From the NCBI GenBank assembly GCA_934183165.1, contig CAKPRZ010000001.1:54820-118819 (forward strand): a DNA stretch of 64,000 bases, in the 5' to 3' direction. A program made the translations under genes and the position numbers. Each line of letters starts with the position of its first letter. Positions within the stretch are counted from its first letter, which is position 1. This document shows, one piece after another, positions 1 through 9,223 of the stretch. The DNA is from an uncultured Bacilli bacterium (GTDB taxonomy: Bacteria; Bacillota_I; Bacilli_A; RF39; UBA660). The notes under the pieces were generated by a model, which saw nothing but the letters and a program-made list of their open reading frames with translations, ran no database searches and had not been told where the DNA came from.

Positions 1-19
1 TTTTTAATAAAATTAAAAA

Positions 20-44
20 GAGTATGTCAAGTTGACATACTCTA
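20..44 (-). terminator. Rho-independent terminator downstream of CDS 52..729. A 12-bp palindrome (agagtatgtcaa/ttgacatactct) is followed by a T-run on the minus strand.
   Basis: The palindrome and T-run were read directly from the sequence. Confidence 0.5.
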
Positions 45-51
45 TAATCGC

Positions 52-729
52 TTAATAACAAATTCGATCAACTACATTAATTTGATCTATTGTCAATAAT
101 TTTTGATTTAAAGTCTCTTTCAATGATAGCTTTTTACCATCTTTAAATATAATTTGTATCTTGCTAGCATTATCTTTCAAAAGTTGTTGCTTACAATTAT
201 TAGAATCATCACACATTGTGTTTTTATTACATACCGATTCTGATTTATCTTCTCTAGAGTCATCTATTTGAAAATCATTATCTACTCTATTATCCATTAA
301 TGATTCATCCTCATTTATAATGGATTTTATCAGCAATATATCATTGTAATAAAGTCCCTCAAAATTGTAATTAAGTGTTTTTTCTTTTGTTCCATCTTCA
401 AAAATATGATTTAAAGATTCTTTAATATATTCTTTATGTTTATCACTATATGAGTATTTTTTGTTTTCTTTTGTATCTTCACAACCTGGTATTCCACAAA
501 AATGAACTGAATCAATACTTATATCATAATTGTTATCAAAAACAATAGTATAGGTCGCGCCAGGATCTTCCATATTTTCATATTTTAATGTATAATTCAC
601 TTCTTTATTTTGAGTTTTATTAGTTGGATTATCATTTCTAGCTATCACTTGAATATAAATAATACCTCCAGATAAAACTAGTACTAAAATTGATAAAATT
701 ATTATCAAAATGTTTTTTCTCTTTTCCAT
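52..729 (-). CDS. Hypothetical N-terminally membrane-anchored extracytoplasmic protein (225 aa).
   Basis: Intact ORF with a single N-terminal hydrophobic segment (ILIIILSILVLVLSGGIIYI). I recognise no conserved motif. Confidence 0.55.
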   Translation of the reverse strand: MEKRKNILIIILSILVLVLSGGIIYIQVIARNDNPTNKTQNKEVNYTLKYENMEDPGATYTIVFDNNYDISIDSVHFCGIPGCEDTKENKKYSYSDKHKEYIKESLNHIFEDGTKEKTLNYNFEGLYYNDILLIKSIINEDESLMDNRVDNDFQIDDSREDKSESVCNKNTMCDDSNNCKQQLLKDNASKIQIIFKDGKKLSLKETLNQKLLTIDQINVVDRICY

Positions 730-757
730 AGTTCACCTCTCATAATAAATACTTGTA

Positions 758-1672
758 TTATTTTGTATTTATATATTTTTCTATTATATCTTTTAATTGC
801 TCTTTATCATAAAACCAATGTATTAAATTAGTAAATTCATTAATATCACACCATTTATAATCAGTACTTTCCTCATTTAAAATGATATTTTCATCTTCTA
901 CTTCAGATATAAATAAATGCTCAATACATTTTTTTCCTAATGATTCATATTTAAATACTATTGGTATTCTTTTTATGTTCAATACTTTTAAACCGATTTC
1001 TTCTGAGATTTCTCTCTTAACAGATTGAAATAATGAAACATCTTCTTTTTCAACGGATCCTGTTACTACATACCAAAATGATTTATGAAATTGTGGATCG
1101 GTATCACTGCCTTTTAATAATAAATACTTGTTATCTTTAACAACAAATGATAATATTTTCTGAATGCAATCATCATCAATACATTTTAAATAAATATTTC
1201 TTGTACCTCTAGTAAATTTTTTCACTTCAAACAACTTAAAATCATCTTTTATGAAATTATTTATAGAATATATATTATCAGGATGAATTGTCCCTATGGC
1301 ATACTTATACCCTAATTTAGTACAGTAATTCTTTAATTCTTTTAACATCTGATATTGTAGTCCATTACCAACAAATTTAGGATTTACAAACATCGGACCA
1401 TAGTCAACTACTTTTTTATAATCTAAATCAATTTCAAATCGATCTAAATCTTGCTTAGTACTAGGTATCAACATCATAGAGCATACTGGTTCATTTCTTA
1501 AGTAATAAATCCAAATTATAGAGTTATTATTTAGCATTCTTAATAAGTCTTCTTTAGAAAAATCCCCTAACCATTCGGGATATTTCATTTCAGCTTTTAC
1601 TGATTCTCTAAACTTAATATATTCATCAATATCTATATTTTTACTAACGGATTTCAAATCAGTTAATTTCAT
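758..1672 (-). CDS. GNAT acetyltransferase / Nudix hydrolase fusion protein.
   Basis: The N-terminal half carries GNAT motif A (VNPKFVGNGLQYQML). The C-terminal half carries a Nudix box (GSVEKEDVSLFQSVKREISEEIGLKV, i.e. GX5EX7REUXEEXGU). Confidence 0.7.
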   Translation of the reverse strand: MKLTDLKSVSKNIDIDEYIKFRESVKAEMKYPEWLGDFSKEDLLRMLNNNSIIWIYYLRNEPVCSMMLIPSTKQDLDRFEIDLDYKKVVDYGPMFVNPKFVGNGLQYQMLKELKNYCTKLGYKYAIGTIHPDNIYSINNFIKDDFKLFEVKKFTRGTRNIYLKCIDDDCIQKILSFVVKDNKYLLLKGSDTDPQFHKSFWYVVTGSVEKEDVSLFQSVKREISEEIGLKVLNIKRIPIVFKYESLGKKCIEHLFISEVEDENIILNEESTDYKWCDINEFTNLIHWFYDKEQLKDIIEKYINTK

Positions 1673-1711
1673 AATTTCACCTGTAATTATTTAATTTTGT
1701 GGTATACACTG

Positions 1712-2506
1712 TTAAAATTTATTGATAGTATAGTTTATAAATTTGTAAGTATCTCCTGATTTTTCAAAATTATAAGTATAATATTGATTAACACTATCAT
1801 AAGTTAGAGATGGTCCTGCATCATCTAAGCTATCCATATTTTTTCTGTTTACAGCATCATCATAATTTGTATAAAAATGAGCGATATAATCATATTGATA
1901 ATCACTACCTTCAATTTCTTCCTTTGTTGTAAAAATCTTTTGGACATTTAATTTAATTTTATTTCCTTCTCGTTCATATGAATAAAAATAATTTACAACT
2001 TTCAATCCATTTAGAGCTCTATTTTTATAATAAGCCTCAATAGTATCCATATTTTCTTCACTACAGTTTTCGGTATAATCATACTGTGTGCCATTATATT
2101 TCATATACACTTTGCCACTTTTACATTTTAAATCATCCATTGTTTTGATGCCTAAGTCGCTTTCTAAATATTTGTTTAATGTTTCTTTAACTTTTACTCC
2201 ACCCATATTAATGTCCGCTAATTCTGCTGCAAAATTCACTTTTTCTTCTAAAGAAAGTGTTTTAAAATCATCTACTGTAGTATTTTTATTAAATTCAGGT
2301 ATTGCATCTACAATTCTCATAAGTTCTTTTAATTCTTCTCTTTTAACAATAGCCTTTTGAGTACTATTATTAGAAACCTTAGAATCTTTAGAGATAATAA
2401 ATGTTTCCTTTCCATCTGCACCTAGTTTAGTATAAACAACAAAACCAGATATAGCTACTACTACAACAACTAATATTACTACTAAAATACTTTTTTTATT
2501 TTCCAT
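1712..2506 (-). CDS. Hypothetical membrane-anchored protein. I moved the start to the internal Met (MENKKSIL) because it is preceded by AGGGAGGA.
   Basis: The ORF-track start at 2575 would overlap the thrS terminator hairpin. A strong SD sits upstream of the ATG at 2506, and an N-terminal TM (ILVVILVVVVVAISGFVVY) follows. Confidence 0.55.
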   Translation of the reverse strand: MENKKSILVVILVVVVVAISGFVVYTKLGADGKETFIISKDSKVSNNSTQKAIVKREELKELMRIVDAIPEFNKNTTVDDFKTLSLEEKVNFAAELADINMGGVKVKETLNKYLESDLGIKTMDDLKCKSGKVYMKYNGTQYDYTENCSEENMDTIEAYYKNRALNGLKVVNYFYSYEREGNKIKLNVQKIFTTKEEIEGSDYQYDYIAHFYTNYDDAVNRKNMDSLDDAGPSLTYDSVNQYYTYNFEKSGDTYKFINYTINKF

Positions 2507-2561
2507 TTTATTTCCTCCCTTATTATCTATTCCATTATATCTTCTTATAAAAGGTCTTCGC

Positions 2562-2600
2562 AATAAAAAAACCAAATAAACATTTAGAATTTATTTGGTT
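2562..2600 (-). terminator. Rho-independent terminator of thrS.
   Basis: Hairpin aaccaaataaa-N9-tttatttggtt followed by TTTTTATT on the minus strand, immediately 3' of the thrS stop. Confidence 0.6.
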
Positions 2601-2608
2601 TACGTAAA

Positions 2609-4363
2609 CTATTTTTTACTATTGATAATATCCATTATATATTCAATGAATTCTTTAAATGGTACAGTCGTTGTATTATTATCACCATGCATTCTGTAGC
2701 TAATTAATTCTTCACTTTGTTCTTTATCTCCTAAAATTAAAGTATATGGAATTTTCTTAGTTTGACTTTCTCGCATTCTATAACCAAGTTTTTCATTTCT
2801 ATCATCAAGATTTGCTCTAATATTATGATTATTTAATTCATTAAATACTTTTTTTGCATAATCATTATGAATTTCTGGATTTACTGGTATTATATTAACT
2901 TGTGTTGGAGCTAGCCAAGTTGGAAGAGCTCCTTTAGTTTCTTCTAATATATATGCCATAAATCTATCTAAAGATCCTAATATTGCTCTATGTAATACTA
3001 CTGGTGTTTTCTTAGTTCCATCTTTATCTATATATTTTAAATCAAATTTTGCTGGAAGACAGAAATCTAATTGACATGTTGATAAAGTTATTTCATTTCC
3101 TACAGCTGGTTTTACATTTACATCTAGTTTTGGTCCATAGAATGCAGCTTCGCCTATTTCTTCAGTATACTCTATACCTAATTCGTTTAAAACTTCACGA
3201 AGTTCATTTTCTGCTTTATTCCACATTTCATCATCTTGATGATATTTTTCTTTATCTTCTGGATCTCTTAATGATAATACACATCTATAATTTGTTATAT
3301 TGAAATCTTTGTATACATCAAATATTAAGTCAACAACATTTTTAAATTCTGATTTTATTTGTTCTGGTGTTACAAAAAGATGAGCATCATTTTGACAGAA
3401 ATGTCTACCGCGTTCAATTCCTTTAACCGCACCACTAGCTTCATATCTAAAATCATGAGCAATCTCACCTATTCTTATTGGTAAATCTTTATATGAATGA
3501 AGTTTATTGGAATAAATCATCATATGATGTGGACAGTTCATTGGACGAAGAACAAATGATTCTCCATCTACTTCCATAGCTGGGAACATATTTTCTTTGT
3601 AATGATCCCAGTGTCCTGAAGTTTTATATAAATTAACAGTACCAACGCAAGGAGTTAAAACATGTAAATAGTTTAACTTTCTTTCTTTATCTTTAATATA
3701 ATTTTCTAATTCTTGCCAAATAATATATCCATTTGGTAAAAACATTGGTAGTCCTCTTCCAACTAGATCATCTGACATAAAAATTTCTAAATCTTTACCT
3801 ATCTTTCTATGATCTCTTTCTTTTGCTTCTTCTATTTCTGCAAGATGTTGATTTAAATCCTCTAAGGTTTCAAAACAAACTCCATAAATTCTTTGAAGCA
3901 TTTTATTTTTGGAATCACCTTTCCAGTATGCTCCACTAACTTTTATTAATTTAAAATATTTAAGTTCCTTTGTTGTTTCAACATGTGGTCCACGGCAAAG
4001 ATCAGTAAAATCACCTTGAGTATAACAAGAAATAACAGTATCTTTTTCATCCATTCTAGAAATCAAATCAACTTTGTATGGATCATTCCTAAATTGTTCA
4101 AGGGCTTCTTCCTTACTTAGTTCATGACGAACAATCCTTTTTCCTGCCTTTGCGCATTTTTTCATTTCTTTTTCAATGCGCTCTAAATCTTCTTCTTTTA
4201 TAACTTCATCACCCAAGTCAATATCATAATAGAAACCATCTTCTATTACTGGTCCAACCCAGAAAAGGGCATTTGGATATAAGTGCTTTACTGCTTGTGC
4301 TAATAAATGCGCACATGAGTGGTTCATTATACTTAATTTTTCATTTTCTTTAATATTTATCAT
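2609..4363 (-). CDS. thrS: Threonyl-tRNA synthetase. It has no N-terminal TGS domain and begins at the editing/second additional domain.
   Basis: Class II aaRS motifs and a ThrRS-typical C-terminus (HRAILGSLDRFMAYILEE ... anticodon-binding domain). A T-box leader lies upstream. The start was placed at the ATG preceded by GGAAGGTGA; the ORF track shows a GTG three codons upstream. Confidence 0.9.
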   Translation of the reverse strand: MINIKENEKLSIMNHSCAHLLAQAVKHLYPNALFWVGPVIEDGFYYDIDLGDEVIKEEDLERIEKEMKKCAKAGKRIVRHELSKEEALEQFRNDPYKVDLISRMDEKDTVISCYTQGDFTDLCRGPHVETTKELKYFKLIKVSGAYWKGDSKNKMLQRIYGVCFETLEDLNQHLAEIEEAKERDHRKIGKDLEIFMSDDLVGRGLPMFLPNGYIIWQELENYIKDKERKLNYLHVLTPCVGTVNLYKTSGHWDHYKENMFPAMEVDGESFVLRPMNCPHHMMIYSNKLHSYKDLPIRIGEIAHDFRYEASGAVKGIERGRHFCQNDAHLFVTPEQIKSEFKNVVDLIFDVYKDFNITNYRCVLSLRDPEDKEKYHQDDEMWNKAENELREVLNELGIEYTEEIGEAAFYGPKLDVNVKPAVGNEITLSTCQLDFCLPAKFDLKYIDKDGTKKTPVVLHRAILGSLDRFMAYILEETKGALPTWLAPTQVNIIPVNPEIHNDYAKKVFNELNNHNIRANLDDRNEKLGYRMRESQTKKIPYTLILGDKEQSEELISYRMHGDNNTTTVPFKEFIEYIMDIINSKK

Positions 4364-4368
4364 ATTTA

Positions 4369-4572
4369 TCACCTTCCATATTTTTGACTATTTAATCTTC
4401 TAATTGTTCTTCTTTTTACTAATTTTCTATCTCTAGATTCTTTATTGTAAATTTGACTTTCACTTGCTAATATATCATTAATTTTTGCCATTACAACTGG
4501 TCTATAATCTGTATCACAGGTATTATAAAACTCACATAATTCTCCCATTGTATATTCTTTAACTTTTGACAT
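4369..4572 (-). CDS. Possible small ORF (67 aa, basic C-terminus) between the T-box terminator and thrS. Its stop overlaps the thrS SD.
   Basis: The ATG at 4572 follows the terminator stem, whose GGGAG could serve as its SD, by 7 nt. The stop TGA lies inside the thrS SD (GGAAGGTGA). No recognisable domain. Confidence 0.3.
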   Translation of the reverse strand: MSKVKEYTMGELCEFYNTCDTDYRPVVMAKINDILASESQIYNKESRDRKLVKRRTIRRLNSQKYGR

Positions 4573-4728
4573 AAAAAAACTCCCTTCTAATAACGGGAGT
4601 GAATTACACGGTACCATCCTTGGTTTAACTTAATTTCAATAACGGATACTCCGGGAATCTCTTTCGAGTCCTACTCTAAAGGTAGTAATTATAAATATCT
4701 TTTATTAGTTTTCACCATCCACTAACTC
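4573..4728 (-). promoter_or_regulatory. T-box riboswitch leader (threonine-specific) of thrS.
   Basis: Conserved T-box sequence AACCAAGGATGGTACCGTG (4607..4626, minus). The terminator hairpin actcccgttattagaagggagt plus T7 lies at 4573..4600. The upstream stem region contains AGAGA/AGTA elements and an ACU-ACC (Thr codon) segment. Confidence 0.75.
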
Positions 4729-4735
4729 TCTACAA

Positions 4736-4765
4736 ATCAATATTAATAATCATGTCCTTTGTCAA
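4736..4765 (-). promoter_or_regulatory. Putative sigma-A promoter of the thrS leader (TTGACA -17- TATTGAT).
   Basis: -35 TTGACA (4760..4765), 17-nt spacer, -10-like TATTGA (4736..4742), directly upstream of the T-box leader. Confidence 0.4.
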
Positions 4766-4807
4766 TGTATTTAAGTATATATTAGCACATGTGATTTTAT
4801 TTTTCAA

Positions 4808-5701
4808 TTAATTTCTTAAATTTTTACTTATTAATGAAATGTCATTAGATAATTGTTTTATTCTTTCAATTATTCTTTTTGCTTTCACTTTATCTATTCC
4901 ACTATTGGTAGTAGCAAAATGTTTTTCTAACTCATCTATAGTAAAATTAGAAGTGAAAAAAGTTGGTAATTTTTCATCCATTCGATACTGTAGAATTGGT
5001 TCTATTACTTCATCTCTTCCCCATGGAGTTAAATATTCTGCTCCTATATCATCCAAAAGTAATAAAGGTACTTTTTTTAATAAATCAAATTTAGTTCCAT
5101 AATTACTGGAAAAAGATTCTTTTAAATCTCTTAGTAGTTCAGGTACATGTACTATAACTGATTTAACATTTTGTTTAGCAAGTTCATTAAATAGTGCAGC
5201 TATAAGGTATGTTTTACCACTACCAAAGTTACCATACAAATATATACCTTTTATTTTAGTATCTAATTTATATTCTTCTATAAACTTTTTCATTTCCTTA
5301 ATAATAGGAATTCTATTTTTATCATTAGTATAAATATTTTTCATACTGGCATTTTTAATGGACTTAGGAATATCAAAAGTAGTAAGATTATCTTTATATT
5401 TTTCATTTGATAAATAATTACAAATATTATAAGAAAAATTAATAACTTTATCATTTACATTTGGTACCATACAATATCCCTTAACTGTATTTTTACAACA
5501 GTTTAAGCCTTGACATTCTTTACAATGATCTACTTCAATCGCAGAATCCATAAGTAATGATGTATATTCCATACCAAGTTTTTCTTTTATTTTAAACATA
5601 GTAATAAGATTTTTAAAGCATGGAACTTCTAAACTTTTTATATAATTTTGTTTCAATGAAATGTCATCGTTGGCTTTTATAAATTTATTAATTTTGTCCA
5701 T
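4808..5701 (-). CDS. dnaI: Primosomal protein DnaI (helicase loader, DnaC/IstB AAA+ family).
   Basis: N-terminal zinc-binding module (CKECQGLNCC), Walker A GNFGSGKTYLIAAL, and the conserved dnaI-thrS synteny. The start was moved to MDKINKF to avoid overlap with the upstream gene. Confidence 0.8.
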   Translation of the reverse strand: MDKINKFIKANDDISLKQNYIKSLEVPCFKNLITMFKIKEKLGMEYTSLLMDSAIEVDHCKECQGLNCCKNTVKGYCMVPNVNDKVINFSYNICNYLSNEKYKDNLTTFDIPKSIKNASMKNIYTNDKNRIPIIKEMKKFIEEYKLDTKIKGIYLYGNFGSGKTYLIAALFNELAKQNVKSVIVHVPELLRDLKESFSSNYGTKFDLLKKVPLLLLDDIGAEYLTPWGRDEVIEPILQYRMDEKLPTFFTSNFTIDELEKHFATTNSGIDKVKAKRIIERIKQLSNDISLISKNLRN

Positions 5702-5754
5702 ATCTACCACCACAAAAATTATATCAAATAAAAAAATAAAAGTATATACAACTT

Positions 5755-6975
5755 TTATTTTTTGGTACATTTATATTTCAAAAGACTTAATTTACAGGTT
5801 AATTTATTATTATCAAATGAATCTTTTTTCATAGTTAATGTATTTGGCGTTATTTTTTCTATTTGATTATTAGCAAAAGAATAACTTCCAATACTAATAC
5901 TACTACTCTTACTAAAATCAATCTCAGTCAATTTATTACCTTTAAAAGCATTATCTTCTATTTTTTCTACTTTTTCGCCAATTTTTATTGTTGTTATACC
6001 AGAATTTTCAAAAGCTGATTTACCTATTGTTTTAATATTAGAAACTATAAGTTCATTAATGCTTTTATTTTTAAATGTATTTCCATTAACTGATTTGATA
6101 TTCTTTAATTCTAAAGAATTTAAATTGATATTGTTACTAGTAGAATTTATTTCTTCACTTCCATTACCAATAATTGTTATATTTGATATTTTAGTTGTGT
6201 CATCTAAAATGTTATTAATATATTTATTGTAATTAGAAGCACTTATTCTCAAATTAGTTATTTTACTTCCTTTGAATGCGCCAGAGGAAATACTTGCTAT
6301 ATTATTAGTTAACTCCATATTAGTAATTCGCCTATTATTTACAGAGTTACTACCAAACGATATATCAGGATTTATTTGAAAAGTAGTAATTACATTTGGT
6401 ATTTCTTCACTTCCGTTGTAAGTATAACGGTTAACAACTGGCGTATTGTTTGCTACTGCAACTATGTTAATATCGAAATCTTCTTTTATTTCAGTATGAC
6501 GAAGTTTTATATTAATCGCACATATCTTTCTTGGTATACCATTAACTTTCATAGCTTCTTCACCTGTACCATTTATAGTATCCTGCGTAGAATAAATAAA
6601 ATCGTCTTTTAATTGAATAAATCTATTAGGATATTTATATTTGATGTTCCCATACATAATTTCAGAATTATTGGCGCATAAATCTTTTGCCGTATCATCA
6701 CCAAAAGTTATTTTTATACATTGATTGTAATCTGGATGTGCAGTTGTTACATCTATTCCTTCTATATTTTTGACTGCTTTATCTAAAAAGTCATCTTCTA
6801 TTCTTTTTATAACTTCGTTTTTATAGCTTAATATTTCCTTTTTATATAATTCGTTTTGTTGCTTTTCACGATAAGAATCTACAACCTTTAAAAGTCCTAA
6901 CGATATTACCATTACAATAGAAAAAGTTATTATTAATTCAACTACTGTAAAGGCTTTATTATTTATTTTTTTCAT
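5755..6975 (-). CDS. Prepilin-type (class III signal) minor pilin fused to a BspA-type leucine-rich-repeat domain (406 aa).
   Basis: N-terminus MKKINNKA|FTVVELI (Phe+1, Glu+5) followed by a hydrophobic helix. The C-terminal region has ~22-residue LRR_5-like repeats (NLRISASNY..., ITIIGNGSEEI..., KIGEKVEKIEDNAFKGN). Its start overlaps the stop of the upstream pilin gene by 1 nt. Confidence 0.65.
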   Translation of the reverse strand: MKKINNKAFTVVELIITFSIVMVISLGLLKVVDSYREKQQNELYKKEILSYKNEVIKRIEDDFLDKAVKNIEGIDVTTAHPDYNQCIKITFGDDTAKDLCANNSEIMYGNIKYKYPNRFIQLKDDFIYSTQDTINGTGEEAMKVNGIPRKICAINIKLRHTEIKEDFDINIVAVANNTPVVNRYTYNGSEEIPNVITTFQINPDISFGSNSVNNRRITNMELTNNIASISSGAFKGSKITNLRISASNYNKYINNILDDTTKISNITIIGNGSEEINSTSNNINLNSLELKNIKSVNGNTFKNKSINELIVSNIKTIGKSAFENSGITTIKIGEKVEKIEDNAFKGNKLTEIDFSKSSSISIGSYSFANNQIEKITPNTLTMKKDSFDNNKLTCKLSLLKYKCTKK

Positions 6976-7475
6976 TATTTAGCCTCCAAATAAGCAAACC
7001 TATTATTAGTAAATTGTACTAGATAAATTTGCTTACTACTTGTCTCAAAATCTTCTTTTTTATATATACAGTACTCCCTTAAACCACGAATGTTAATATT
7101 ACTACATTTAATATATAAACCTTTTTCAATATAAATTGACTTGATTTTCAAATAATTAAATATTAAAGTTTTATAATAATTATTAAAAAAAGTGCAGTTT
7201 CCTCCAAACTTTCCTTGACAAGTAATACTTGTACCATTACTATCATTAAAGGTATACAATCCATTTGCTACAGGAGGTTCGCCTGATAATTTAACCTCAT
7301 CATACAACGTGTTAATCAAGTATATTTCTTCAGGATTATCATAATTTATAACTTTATTATACTTAGCTAATAGTGTAAAAAAGTTTGCACCAATAAAAGT
7401 AAATATTCCTAAGATAAATACAGCTACCACGATAGCTTCAGCTAAAACGAATCCCTTTTTATTCATTTTTTTCAT
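6975..7475 (-). CDS. Prepilin-type N-terminal cleavage/methylation domain protein (ComGC/pseudopilin-like, 166 aa).
   Basis: N-terminus MKKMNKKG|FVLAEAIVVAVFILGIF matches the prepilin peptidase motif (G-1, F+1, E+5). Confidence 0.7.
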   Translation of the reverse strand: MKKMNKKGFVLAEAIVVAVFILGIFTFIGANFFTLLAKYNKVINYDNPEEIYLINTLYDEVKLSGEPPVANGLYTFNDSNGTSITCQGKFGGNCTFFNNYYKTLIFNYLKIKSIYIEKGLYIKCSNINIRGLREYCIYKKEDFETSSKQIYLVQFTNNRFAYLEAK

Positions 7476-7580
7476 GAAATATCATTCCTTTATTATTGAT
7501 TATATCTATAAATTATTATATAATAAATTATAGTAAAATACTAGAATAAAAAGATAAAAGAAGATAAAGGGGTCACAAAT

Positions 7581-9170
7581 ATGATTGAATACGATGTTGT
7601 AAACGTACCAATTGTTGATATTGTTAACCAAATTATTTTATATGCGTCAAAGAATCGTGCCAGTGATATTCACATGGACCCTAAAGAGGATTCATTGTTA
7701 ATTAGGATGCGAATTGATGGTGAATTAAAAAATCATACAGTTATTCCTAAAGCATATGAAAGAAATTTAATTACTAGGGTTAAACTAATTTCTAATATGA
7801 ATATTACTGAAACCAGATTACCTCAAGATGGTGCCATCAAAGGTAGAATTGAAGGTAGAGATTTAGATATGCGTGTTTCAGTACTACCTACAAACGAAGG
7901 CGAAAAAGTAGTTATTCGTATTCTTGATTATTCAAAAAGTTTAAGTGGAATTGAATCACTTGGCTTTTCAGAAAAAAACCTAACATTACTTAAAAAAATG
8001 TTAAGTGTACCAAATGGAATTATTTTAGTAACAGGTGCTACTGGATCTGGTAAAAGTACTACTACCTACTCCATGTTACAAGAGTTAAACAAAGAAAACG
8101 TTAATATAATAACAGTCGAAGATCCAATTGAAATGAATATTGAAGGTATCAACCAAGTACAAGTTAATAGTGAAATTGGTCTTACGTTCGCGGCTGTTTT
8201 AAGATCTATTTTAAGACAAGATCCTAATATAATATTAATAGGAGAAATTCGTGATTCTGAAACTGCGCAAATCGCAGTACGTGCATCAATAACTGGTCAC
8301 TTAGTTTTATCTACACTACATACAAATAATTCTTTAAGTACAATTGAAAGACTTTTAGATATGGATGTTGAAAGATATTTACTATCAAGTGCCTTAACCG
8401 GTATTATTTCACAGAAATTAGCGCGTAAGTTATGTCCACATTGCAGAATTCAAAGAGCTGCTACCGAGTATGAGAAAGAAGTATTTAAACTTGTACTAAA
8501 TAGAGATATTGATACAGTTTTTGATGCTGGGAAATGTGATAAATGTACAGATGGGTATTATGGAAGAATTGCAATTGAAGAAGTTTTGTATATTAATGAT
8601 GAATTAAGAAGTGTAATTGCTAATCCAAATACAACAAAAGATGAATTAAAGAAGCTTGTTTATACTAAAGATGTTACTACTCTTCTTGGAGATGGATTAG
8701 AAAAAATAATAAATGGTTATACTACATTTAATGAAATATTCAAATTAATTGAAGTCGACCTAGAGATGAAATCTCTTAGAGAAGCTGCTCAAAATAACAA
8801 TATTATAGAATCTAAAGAAGTAGCTAAGCAAGCACCAACTGAACCAGAAATAATTATTGAAGAACCACAATCAATTAAAAAGCAGGAAGTAAAGATGGAA
8901 CCTCAAGTTGATAGTAGGATTATGCCAAGTCTTGCACCAAACATGAATCCAACTTTTAACCCTAATCCAGGCCCTCCTGTATTAGAACCAAATATTAATA
9001 CTAATATACCTCAAAACAACGTCATTGATATTAATCCTAGTTATAACATTAACACTGTTCAACCAGACAAAATAACGTACAATCCTGTTGATGAATATTT
9101 TAGAGGTGAAAATGTTAAACCTATTGTAGATATATATGATTTAGATAGTGGTGATAAAAGTAACTATTAA
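7581..9170 (+). CDS. Type II secretion/type IV pilus assembly ATPase (GspE/PilB/ComGA family) with a ~130-aa Pro/Asn-rich C-terminal extension.
   Basis: Walker A LVTGATGSGKSTTTY, Asp box TVEDPIE, His box, and a tetracysteine motif (CPHC...CDKC). Divergently oriented from the pilin genes. SD AAAGGGG lies upstream. Confidence 0.85.
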   Translation: MIEYDVVNVPIVDIVNQIILYASKNRASDIHMDPKEDSLLIRMRIDGELKNHTVIPKAYERNLITRVKLISNMNITETRLPQDGAIKGRIEGRDLDMRVSVLPTNEGEKVVIRILDYSKSLSGIESLGFSEKNLTLLKKMLSVPNGIILVTGATGSGKSTTTYSMLQELNKENVNIITVEDPIEMNIEGINQVQVNSEIGLTFAAVLRSILRQDPNIILIGEIRDSETAQIAVRASITGHLVLSTLHTNNSLSTIERLLDMDVERYLLSSALTGIISQKLARKLCPHCRIQRAATEYEKEVFKLVLNRDIDTVFDAGKCDKCTDGYYGRIAIEEVLYINDELRSVIANPNTTKDELKKLVYTKDVTTLLGDGLEKIINGYTTFNEIFKLIEVDLEMKSLREAAQNNNIIESKEVAKQAPTEPEIIIEEPQSIKKQEVKMEPQVDSRIMPSLAPNMNPTFNPNPGPPVLEPNINTNIPQNNVIDINPSYNINTVQPDKITYNPVDEYFRGENVKPIVDIYDLDSGDKSNY

Positions 9171-9223
9171 AAGAGTTATGATTTTATGTTATTATAAATA
9201 TACATAACATGAGGTGATAAATA

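Noticed and set aside
2088-2360. Short plus-strand ORFs in the six-frame track that lie antisense inside well-supported minus-strand genes. Examples are 2088..2360, 3049..3303, 4839..5102, 6376..6612, 11234..11419, 12021..12242, 13150..13380, 13557..13931, 15188..15937 and 16999..17211.
   Set aside because: They fall entirely inside CDSs with clear conserved motifs on the other strand. They lack SDs and show low-complexity or hydrophobic composition typical of antisense frames in AT-rich DNA.
4373-4572. Possible tandem (double) T-box upstream of thrS.
   Set aside because: No second GGTGGTACC-like T-box sequence or second terminator occurs in the ~200 nt between the terminator and thrS.
4369-4617. 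The 82-aa ORF as given in the track (start at 4617).
   Set aside because: Its first 15 codons run through the T-box terminator and conserved T-box sequence. Only the portion from the ATG at 4572 was kept, and that only as a low-confidence small ORF.
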